A DNA stretch of 64,000 nt from assembly GCA_951406725.2 (NCBI GenBank), contig OX597816.1, positions 149,854,001 to 149,918,000 of the forward strand, written 5' to 3'. Under the pieces are notes generated by a model. It saw nothing but the letters and a program-made list of their open reading frames with translations, had not been told where the DNA came from and did no database searches. Source of the DNA: Octopus vulgaris. Taxonomy: Eukaryota. A program made the position numbers and the translations under genes. Positions 53,067 to 64,000 of the stretch are shown piece by piece; position 1 is the first letter of the stretch, and each line of letters opens with the position of its first letter.

Positions 53067-56000
53067 CTGTGTAAGGCATAGGAAATAAGACCAACTTCAG
53101 TATTAAGTGTACTAATTTAAAGGCTATACAAGACAGAGTAGGACAGTATCAAATAACCTGATGTAACAGTTGTTTATTTAATAATACATTCAAATCTATG
53201 CTTAGTCATTTAACAAGTCCCAGATCAAAAACAAGTCCAATTTCAAAGCATTCATTTTCCTTTTGATATATGGATTTAGAATTTACACAAATGAAAATTT
53301 GTTGAAAACATATTATATAAGGCTAAATATTAATTGTTAAGAGATTTATTTTTGCATTTGTTTTTCATCTTTAGCATAGATAACTCTAGCTTAATGTATT
53401 TAATAAGATGAAAGATTACAGAATAGTGGAGGTGCAAAATTATATTAGTAAGTTTTCTCATAACTGATATTGCGCCAAATCCAGGACAAGTCAATATAAG
53501 GTCAGGATGAATATATGCTAGCTATAATTAATATATTCATCAGACTTAGTGGATATTGTTCATTCAATAATCATAACATATTGCATTGCCAGCATAAATG
53601 TAAATTCATCAGAATGTGTGAAAAGTATAAAGGGGGTTTTGAAGGAGATAGACAAGAGCCTTAAGTAACAAGCTCCTGTTAAGATACCCCTCTGAGCTTT
53701 AGATTCTTCATCACAAAATCATTTTGCTTCACTGTTTTTGTAAATGCTTGGGAAAAAAAGTGTTGTTACAACCTTCCATCTCTCTAATCAATTTGAAACC
53801 TGGCATCAATGTATGAAATCAGTTTTAAAATTGCAAAGTTATTATTTTTTCAACTTCAAAATGAACAAAACAGTAGAATGTTGAAGTAGAAACTGCTATT
53901 TTGCCATCTGGTATCTTACTAGTCTGAGTTCAAATCATGCCAAGGTCTATTTCATCTTTAATTTCTTTGGGCTTAGCAAAATTAATTACAAGTATTATTC
54001 ATATACTGTCATTAATTGAATCAGCTATAAATCTGTTACAAGAAAAAAAGAAACCCAACAAAATTACCTTAAGTTTAATTGAAACAAATCAAACTATCAA
54101 CATCACACTAATAGCAATAACAATAGTAATAATAAAGCAATAGATTCAGCAATTAGCCAACAAGATTCAAGTATAGAGGTAATTACAGTAGTAGCAGCAA
54201 TAGTGGCAGCAATAGCAGCAATACACATAGATATGGCAATAACGAAGAGAAAGAGAGAGAGATATATAGAGAGAGTTGCAGCAACAGATAAAGGTTATAT
54301 ATATATTGCATGTTTGTGTATGCTAACAGGTTTCACAACATAAGAGTAGTTGAAACACGCTTGTGGTAGAAGTGCAAAGACTCAGTTAAGGTGTATGTGA
54401 GTGAGAGAAAGAGAGAGAGTATGCATGTGTAGAAATAAAGTTATATGTCCTGCTTTACAGGTTTCATGCAGTTGCATGTACAATTGCAAAGAGTGGCAAA
54501 AGGATTTGATTTCTAATTTAAGATGATTTACTGCCTTGAAGCAAATATTAGCAGTAGTTTGATCACTTCCACTGTTATGTGGAGGACATTCAACTTCTGT
54601 TTACTTTCTCAGAGATTTTAATGTCAACAACTCCTACTGTCTTGCTAATTTCAGCCATTCCAATGCAATTGGTGCAGAGGCTGTAATTGTTGCCACCTGA
54701 ACTGCACACGCTAGCTTATTTTCTCCCTATGCATGTCCATCACTTGTTTACTAACTCTCTGAACATTCTATTTCTTTCTCACCTCCAAACCCATCCGTAC
54801 TCAAGCAATATGCATACTCTAGTTCTTGAAGCACAGAGTATTTTTTCTATAAGTAAAAGCCTTGGTCTTACATGTAAATACACAAGAATATTTACATATA
54901 TATACATGTATATATATTTATATACATAAATGATGTGAGGATTTAACAATATAACTTATATAACATGGCTAAGTCAAGGCATTAAAATAAACAGCAGCTC
55001 ATCACTCTCTATGGCCCAATACATTTTGCATTAATTATTCAGTGTAATTGGCCAAAAGTTTTCTCTGCAGGACTAGCAAGAATATTTTCAGGTAGAAGTA
55101 GTTATTAAATTAACTGCTTCATTATCATGATTAAAACTAAATCCATTACATCAAGAAAGAATACCAAGTCCTTTGTTAAACAAATTAACAATTAGAAATT
55201 TCTCACACTGAAACGAAAATTTAATAATTGAATTTATGTTGGAATGCCTTATGAATACTATAATGATAGAAACAGAGTAACAGAAGAAAGTACGGAGAAA
55301 AATAAGAGAGAAAGAATACAGCTTGACCAAGCAGACATTTTGTTCAATGAAAATTATCATTATCATTCAAAACTGTATGTAAAGAACATTCTCAAAGCAA
55401 TTGTAGATTTATTTGGTTTAGCTGTCAGCAAGACATGTCATGCAGAATTTTCTTTTCAAAGCAATTTTATTTTATTGAAATATCAGGGGTAGAAAAAATT
55501 TCTAGAATTGTCTTATTTTATCTATTTTTTCTTGAGAAATTTTTCACAAAAATGTTATTAACTTTCACATTAGTTTCGAAATAACTTTTAGAACAACTAA
55601 GAAAAGAAAAATTGTCTTTCTTAAAGGAAAATGAAAATGAAAAACTATGTAAATTTCAATATTGATTATTGATTAAGAAACCATTATAACTATTTATTAT
55701 TATTATTACTTCTATTTTTATCATTTGGTCAGTGAGGCATTCCAACAGTGAAAGTGAATTTATCTGATAATTGTTTACACATTTCACACTTCTTTATTAT
55801 TAAATGGACAGCTACCATTGACTTTTGAACCAAATAATAATGGATATTATACAGAAGTGAATGGTAGATGTCTTGATCACGTATGTTGGTCTCTGGGGTT
55901 GATAGGGGTAACATGAGGGAGGGAGGGAGGGAGGGATAGAGGAAATGATGTCCATGGATAATGAAAGGGAATAACAAATATATAGAAAGGGTTTACATAG

Positions 56001-57750
56001 AACAAAAGACAAGGGAAATAGTATTTGTACCATATGATAAATAATTGTGCAACTTTTATTTCTTTTTTCAAGTCTTACTCAATGTGTTGTATGTGAATAT
56101 TGGTAAATTGGTACATGTGTCTTCAGTTATTGTAGATGTATAGGGTTATCAATTATACATCCATTAATTATGTACATGTAAGGGTAATTATGAATAGTTC
56201 TTGTCTTTGTGTTTGTCTTGTATTGAACTTCTTACTTTTTTAGGCATAAACTAAATGCCTTTTAACATGCTTAAGTTAGGTGCTTTTACCAAATATCTTA
56301 GTGAATATTTTCTTGAAACATTAGATTAGTATGTAATATAGAAATAAATTTTCCCCATGATTCATTAGTATTCAGTACCTGTTTCTTACATCTGTTCAAT
56401 TATTTCAAATAATAACTCAGATTACATTTAGAAACATCAGTTAAAATGTTAGTACAGTGATTTTATTGCAGAGAATGTATGCTCTACAGTAAGTCTAGTT
56501 AAGTGCCTCGTGGATATGAACTGAAATCCAGTGGATGGGTGATTTTAGTCTTTCATCATTTTTATCACTTTGACATTGATAGCAGATTTATCATTGATAT
56601 ATTAAGACAGAAAGAACAAAGACACAACCTCATCAAATTAGCATTTTTTTTTTTATCTAGATGCTAGCTGGAAAGAGTAACTGACCCTTTTAGGAACTTA
56701 AAGTAGGAAGTGTCAGTGGACAAAGTTGGAGGCTTTCATAAGGAATCACGTCCTTTAGGCAAGAAACACAGATAGTAAGGATATTCACACTTAATACTTG
56801 GGAAGTCAAGAAAGGCATTCAATATAATAAGAATAATGGAAGATCAGCACAGAATAATATTATTAAACAAATGTCCTTAAAAATATCTTGGGAGTATGAT
56901 ATTTTTCTTTTCACTGGTCATGAATTGGTTTAAACCATGGTGGCATTGCTGGAGTACCTCCATGGATGTATTTATGAAATAGATCACAATGATAGCTTCA
57001 CAGAAATAATAATAAGCAATGTGGTTTCAACTTTTAGGCTAACTTTATATATATATGTGTGTGTGTGTGTGTACGTATAAATATGTATATTATTATTATT
57101 ATTTGATTGAATACCACACATCCATTTCCAAGTATATGTATGTATGTATGTAAGTATGTATGGATGGATGAATATTAAAAAGATACACGAAGAGAATTGC
57201 TTTGATCAGTGACTGTAGAAGTACCAATAAAGTAGGCAGAAACAAGCAAACATAGGCAAGCAATGCACAAGAGATTGCAATTTGTATCATATCTTACAAC
57301 TACAGATCCTAAATGACACAGTAAAAGTGGTTGGGACAATGGTAAGTATGTTCTTAACAAGGTTTTTTCCCCTCAAATATGAAAGAAAACTTGCTGGACT
57401 AATTTTCCATATTTTCTAAAAGGATACTATAGTTTTCTTAAGAGATATTAAAATTACAATTTTATTGAACAAAGTTTTGATTAATTTATTAGAGCACTTC
57501 TCTTTCTGCCTTTAAGAAAAACAAAAGATCTTTGAAAAGATGATCCTTGTTTTGCTGAAATAAGGCAAATAAATTGTTACCAATAGTTACCAATAAAAAA
57601 ATGCTGCATCATATATTATGCATAAGGATGCAACCTTATCAGAAACCAATTTAACCCAAAGAGCCTTGCTAAAATGTTATGTTATCTCTGATAGTGCCTG
57701 GTATCACAGGTTTTTCATTTAACATAAAAGTATCACCTTATCATTTCCCT

Positions 57751-58920
57751 ATAAGCATGCTCTATAAACATGTTTGCAAGGAGATTCTTAGAAAATAGAA
57801 TATAATAGTTCACTATTACAGAGTTGGCAGAATTCTTTGCCTTTAACGTATGGGAATATTAGTCTGTTAAATAAGAATCCAATTACTGAAAATAATAACA
57901 TTAATTTAGCTAATACTAACCATCCCCCTAGAAATATTAACAACAAGGTTATTGTCTCTGAAGTCAATTCCAACAGAATTAAGTTTATGTCTAGTAATTC
58001 TAAGACTAAAAACTCTATATACCAGTGTAAAATTACTTCCAGTACTGATGTCTTTTTTTTATACAGGTAGTTCTTCTTCTCAATTATCTAAAAGAATTTC
58101 TAATCATTACTCTACATTTAGGCATAGTAATAAATGCGACAGTACAGGGCTTAGTAAATTAATTTGGTATCTAAAAGATCATAATAAACAATTTAAGTTA
58201 GATTGGTTGATTCTCTCCATTTCATTCCCATATGATAAAAGCAAAGAATTCTGCCAACTCTGTAATAGTGAACAATATTATATTCTATTTTCTAAGAATC
58301 CCCTTGTAAACATGTTTATAGAGCTTGCTTATCGATGTAAACATTGGTAGAAACATACCTTTAGTTCATATAAGTGATATCTACCAGTCTATACAATTTG
58401 AACATTGGTTTTTCTTACATTTCACTTCCACTAGATATATCTATTTCCAAGCCTTTAAGCTTTTATTTTAATTCACATATTGCTCTATATTTCCCCTTTA
58501 TTAGTTTTCTGCTTATTTCTTTCCTTTACCCCTTCTCTTTCTATAGGCTGCCTTTGACGTTATAAAAAAAACGTTTAAAAAAACTAAACAGCATTCTGTT
58601 CATCATTATACACATCCATCACATTCTGTTAAAATGTCTTACTGATGAGTTTGGTTTCTTTCTTTCCTTCCCTGATGAGAAGATTACATTGTTTTACACC
58701 ATTTTATTCCTTTTGGAATAATACCAATGTTGTCTTTGAAACATGTCGGAAGTAGAAGAATTTGCATAACACCTGCGTTTAACTCTATTTATTTATATAT
58801 ATTATACAAAATATTTCACATCAACCCAGAGTTTCTACCTTTACAAACAGGGTGTTATGTCATTATTTGTGTGATTTTTTGCTGCCCTGGTAAGTGTTTA
58901 TTTATTTCTTTTCATGTTAA
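57751..58920 (+). mobile_element. Penelope-like element 3' portion (GIY-YIG endonuclease relic) with inverted 5' segment
   Basis: KNSIYQCKIT...FFYTGSSS...KRISNH...CQLC...CKH across a poly-T frameshift; 57751-57857 is an inverted copy of 58224-58332; downstream hammerhead. Confidence 0.85.
58667..58752 (+). ncRNA. Type I hammerhead ribozyme at the 3' end of a Penelope-like element
   Basis: Stem I CUUCC/GGAAG; CUGAUGA 58672-58678; stem II GAAGAUUACAUUG/CAAUGUUGUCUUU with inner UUAUUCC/GGAAUAA hairpin; GAAA 58738-58741; ACAUGU palindrome; GUC 58745-58747. The stem II closing pair is G-U rather than G-C. Confidence 0.75.
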
Positions 58921-58949
58921 TTGTAAACAAGGGAAAAATACACACATCC

Positions 58950-58985
<36 letters not shown>

Positions 58986-59308
58986 GTATATATACATACA
59001 TAAATGAGTAGTATAAGATGTGGATTCAGAGAATCATGTAGCTATCACTGAAAGCACCTCTTACAAACTCGGCTAACAGTCCACAAAGTAATTCAATACC
59101 AACCAGTTTAATGTAGAGTGTCCAAGCAACTGAAATCCAGAAGATCCAGTCAATGAAATTATTTTATGAGGAGTATATAAACCATAAAAATCACAAAGTA
59201 AGAGAGGTGAATATATATCTAACCATGGGACATTCTCAGGATTACAGCCATTTTGCAACCTTCTTCATGTAGTATTAATTTCCGTGTAGAAGAAATTATG
59301 CTAATATG

Positions 59309-59536
59309 TTTGCATTAATATGTATGCCCAGTATTATACAATTGTATACTCACAAATCAATGCAAATAAAGAAAGCTCACAGAACGCCATGGTTACACCA
59401 ACATCTCAACTCAAAGTTGAAGTGTTGATGTAACCATGATGTTCTGGTGATCTGATGAGCTATTTTCCTTTTACTAGCATTGATTTGTGAATATACAATT
59501 GTATTGCATAATGCTGATCATACATAATAATGCAAA
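59309..59536. repeat. Imperfect palindrome, about 100-120-bp arms
   Basis: ATACAATTGTATACTCACAAATCAATGC pairs with GCATTGATTTGTGAATATACAATTGTAT; CATGGTTACA with TGTAACCATG; loop near 59411-59415. Confidence 0.8.
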
Positions 59537-60260
59537 TCATCATCATCATCATCATTTAACGTCCGCTTTCCATGCTAGCATGGGTTGGACGATTTGACTG
59601 AGGTCTGGCGAACCAGACTCCAATCTGATCTGGCAGAGTTTCTACAGCTGGATGCCCTTCCTAACGCCAACCACTCCAAGAAGACCACAATGCTGTTAAT
59701 TATGTGTCTAAAAGCAGTAGACTTTTCACTAGGACAAGGTAGTAAAAGGGTGGTTTTTCTAGCCATTATTAACATTCAGTATACAGGCCTGTACTGTGTG
59801 TATTTGCATAAAGAGTAAATCCAACGGACTTCCACACAGTTTCCACTTGTTTGATTTCATTCGCAAGACATGAGTCCATCCAAGCCTGACACTCATCCAA
59901 GATGTCACATACTGGTATTGAACCAGAGACTTCATGATTGTGAAACAAACTTCTTAACTATTCGGTCATGCTTATTATGTCCTCTACATGTATTTCAAAC
60001 AGGGGATTAGACTAAGGATACTGGTGTCATTGAAATAATCAAACCTCTTAGGATTTGATAATTTCTTCCACATGGAAATTAATACTACATGAAGTAGTTG
60101 CAAAACAGCTGTAATCGTAATGATATCATGCAGTTTAATAAATGTATATTCACCTGTCATACCTCCTCACTTTTATGGTATATGTATGTGTGTGTGTGTG
60201 TGTGTGTATAATGTACATACCTATATATCCTCTTAAATTTTATCTATTATTGTATTCTCC

Positions 60261-60298
<38 letters not shown>

Positions 60299-60824
60299 AC
60301 ACACCCATCTATCGTTTAATTAACTTGTGTTATCTGACAGAAGCATTTTCTGATAAAAAATGTAAGAAAGAGCAATTATGCAATTTAATATGTTGGAGTT
60401 GTTTTGCTTTTAGATAAAGCTAATAGTGAGTCAAGGTAGCAGAAGCAATAGTAATTTGGATACATATGCACACATACATATATATACATATACACACACA
60501 TACATATGTACACATGTGCACACACGCACACATAAATACAAAGGTTTTGGATAGGAAATAATGCTGATTCAGGAAAGAAGGAAGAAGAGACTGGTGGAAG
60601 ACTGACGTGAAGTAACATGCAAGGAAGTTTATCTGCTGCCATAGCAGTAGCAGCAAGTTTGATACAAATACAAGCACAAAGAGGAGGTGAGAGTAGAAGA
60701 AAAAAAAAAGATAGAGAGAGAGTAAGAAATAGAGAAAAAAGGTGAGAGAACCAACATTGATGGTAGCTTTACACAGCTGTCTAAACGTGATCCTCATTAG
60801 CCTTATTAGAAAACGAAAACTTAC

Positions 60825-61029
60825 TACCGGCTGGGGGAACAACTTGGTCCAGAAGTTTTGGACTGGTTCGTTTCCAGATTTTCTTTATCACAGCTCTAAG
60901 TTCCTCATTTGCTTGGTCTATGTTTCCCTCAGTTTTGATTTTGAGGGATGTGCGTACCAAGGCAAACAAGGTGGCATTAAACATAACTGTTCCATCACTG
61001 TTAAGTGGCATGTTCATACTGACTAAACG
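60825..61029 (-). CDS. Cav1: Cav1 exon, pre-IQ: [68 protein letters not shown]
   Basis: Inside ORF 60781..61155; TTTTCAG acceptor, GTAAGT donor; 205 nt, phase 0 to 1; diagnostic Cav1 pre-IQ sequence. Confidence 0.97.
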
Positions 61030-62528
61030 CTGAAAATAAATATAGAAAGACAAACAAATGGATAAAGAGATATAGAGATAAATGAGAGAAAAGAGAAGAG
61101 AAAAATGAGATGACATGCAGAAAAATCTCTCTTGAAATGATCTATCAAAAGTCACACTGGATGCTTGGGTTGCCAGTAGTGCCAGTATGGTTTCAATTAC
61201 ATCATTAACATGATTAAAACACCTAGTTTGCTGTAGCTCACAATTTTTTTACAAGTAGGGTCAATTAGAAAGAGGAGTAACTCAACTAGTACATGGTCAG
61301 TGGCCTAGAAGGTCATGGCGGGACCAATGATATCTGATGGCCCTCTCCCTCCAAAAACAAAACAGAAAATAAACAAAAATTCTCTTCCCTTGCATTATTT
61401 CGTAAAGGTTTAAGGTAGTGAACTGGAACAATTGTTAGAATGTTGAGAAAAATGCCTGTTCCAACTCATGTTTTGATTTCAAATCTTGCAACAGGCAACT
61501 TCACCTTTAATCTTTTTGAGGTCAATAAAAGTCAAGAACTGGGATCAATGAAATTGATTAACCACCTCCTCTCAAAACTGCTGACCTTGTGCCTAAATCA
61601 GAAATTGTTATTTTACAAAGGTTAGCAAACACTTAGTTCTTCAGTTAAATTTTTGTGTCTTTTACTAGGACCTTTCTATTTTTTCAAAAAGATGAGTGGA
61701 TCATTTTATGTGAGCTTCCATTTAAGATAGTTAGGTGTGATAAGAAGGAAATTTAGTTGCTATTTCTATTTAGCAGGTGTGGTGGTCATGTAGGTACTGC
61801 CTTGTTAGCTTGTAGAGAAAGAAGTAATGGGAATTGTAGATACACATACTTTTCTCAAGTAATATATTCCATGGGTTTTGAAACTGATTATTTCTAGAAA
61901 TTTTCAACTAGTTTGCTCCTGCAATTTTCTAGTTTCAAGTAGCTTGTTCCAAGTTAGAGAAAAATGGTTTTCCAAAGAACTTTTGTATTATCCCTTTTAA
62001 TGAGGTCTCCTTTTGTGTTTGTATGAGTGGGTGAATGATAAGATGTGTGTGCGTTGTTGGCAGCAATATTACAGGTAAATAATACTGATGTAATTGCAAT
62101 GTATTTTATCAGGTGTATCATTTTACCTGTAGTTTAAAAAAAAAGACAACTGGGTGGGATTTTGGGTTTTATTATACAATATTATCTCACTGTATATATT
62201 GACACTGATCAACACATGATTACATTTAACCCTAGTTCTTGATGGGTACTAGATTTTTGTCAACCCCAGAAGGACAAAAGGCAAAACTGATCTTGTAGGA
62301 GTTGAATTTAGAACATAAGAGCAGGAACAAACACTGTAAGGTCTGCTGACCTAACAATTCTGCTAACTCATCACCTTGGTTCTACAAAAAATAAACCATC
62401 TTTATGGACTTCTTGTTGACAATTCTTATTCATTAGATTTTGGCTGCTGAAACTTTTCGCAATAATACAGAACATTTTCAGTTTCTTATGTGAATGACAT
62501 TCTGTACTTTATAAGCATTTTGCATCTA

Positions 62529-62696
<168 letters not shown>

Positions 62697-62899
62697 TCAA
62701 GTTAGGAAGTGGTAATGTCATGAAAGTTGGAATAAAATTTTGAAAATTTAAAACAAAGCTTCAGTGAGTCATCTACATGTATTTAGTAAAAAATTCAATT
62801 TAAAAAAAAAATAAAACACAATACACACCCTAAATTTCATTTGACCAGGCAATTTTCTAAAGTGAGAGATGTATAATTAATTCGTTAATTGTAATATAC

Positions 62900-63580
62900 T
62901 GAAGCATGACCTTTGAACATTGGGTCTCACAAAGGCAATGACGAAAGACCGAGATCTCTGGAGATGTGCTGTGACAGAGGACCTGGCAAATAAAGTGAGC
63001 TCACAGCCTACACCAGTGTTGCATAGCAAGCCCACTCAAAAGTACCTTTGAATCGTAGGGTGACATGCCGTGCTTGAGGAGACATACTGAGTCAAGTACG
63101 TCATCAACATCAAAATCAAATCAAACTACAATCAAATGGAAATTATAGTTGTGGTTGATGCCAGTGTCACCTTGACTGGCTCCCAATGCTGGTGGTATGT
63201 AAAAAGCACCATCCAAACGTGGTTGATGCCAGCCCCCTTGTCCCCACTGGCTCCTGTGCCGGTGGCACATAAAAAGCACCATCCGAACATGGCTGATGCC
63301 AGCGCCACCTTGACTGGCTTCCGTGCTCATGGCATGTAAAAAGCACCATCCAAATGTGGTCAATGCCAGTCCCCTCTGGTCCCTGTGCTGGTGGCATGTA
63401 AAAAGCACCTACTACACTCTTGGAGTGGTTGGCATTAGGAAAAGCATACAGCTGTAGAAACATTGCCAGATCAGATTGGAGTCTGGTGCAGCCTCCTGGC
63501 TTTCCAGACCCCAGTCAAACCGTCCAACCCATGCCAGCATGGAAAATGGATGTTAAATGATGATGAATAATGATGATGAT
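62900..63580 (+). mobile_element. Retroposon with (ATG)n tail (SINE or RTE-type 3' end) and internal tandem units
   Basis: Shared block GGCACGTAAAAAGCACC...GTTGGCATTAGGAAGGGCATCCAGCTGTAGAAAC...CCAACCCATGCCAGCATGGAAA...GTTAAATGATGATG seen in many copies in the window. Confidence 0.8.
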
Positions 63581-64000
63581 TAATTTTGACAAGGCACAAG
63601 AAAGATAAACCTTTGACGGGGAGATATGTAATTGACTTAACATCAATGTATCATTGGTACTTATTTTATTGATCCTTGGTAGATTTGAACTCAAAACACT
63701 GAGGGACAGTGCTCTAAAATATAACCATATCTTAACAGATATAGCTCCCACCATCTGCCTATCTAAAAAAATGTAAATAATCTTGAATAAGATGCTATAA
63801 AGGGGCAATAAATGCCTACCCCAATAAAAAAAACTGAAGCTATGACTCAATTTCTTTTCCCAGTTCTGTTTCGTTAACTTAGCAAATCTTGTATATATTA
63901 TCAATGACACAACTTCCCATTTTCATATTCAATGAATATGAAGTATTATATCAGGGAAGGAAATTACAAAATTCTATAGAAAAAAATACATAGTATGAAA

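Noticed and set aside
63121-63463. Regularly spaced repeats resembling a CRISPR array, with overlapping ORFs
   Set aside because: The intervening sequences resemble each other, the block is internal to a dispersed retroposon, context is eukaryotic and no cas genes are present.

Overview
AT-rich, microsatellite- and SINE-dense eukaryotic DNA, not prokaryotic. The repeat families suggest a coleoid cephalopod, probably Octopus (inference). The window holds the 3' part of an L-type voltage-gated calcium channel alpha-1 gene (Cav1, CACNA1C/D/egl-19-like) on the minus strand. Ten phase-consistent GT-AG coding exons from 62670 down to 13459 encode the EF-hand end, pre-IQ, IQ (IQDY), PCRD and DCRD of the cytoplasmic C-terminus; the gene continues 5' beyond the window and its true last exon is uncertain. 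Introns carry Penelope-like remnants, an internally deleted LTR element with TSD, Tc1 and DD37D mariner-like transposons, MULE-, hAT- and piggyBac-like non-autonomous elements, RTE/CR1 fragments, many SINEs and several long palindromes. Highlights: (1) two hammerhead ribozymes, one in a non-coding AT-rich element whose inverted partial copy begins at the ribozyme cleavage site; (2) a candidate alternative last exon ending the channel in ETTL*, a class I PDZ-type ligand; (3) a candidate 45-nt symmetric micro-exon encoding a polybasic peptide. All exon calls are manual and lack transcript evidence.
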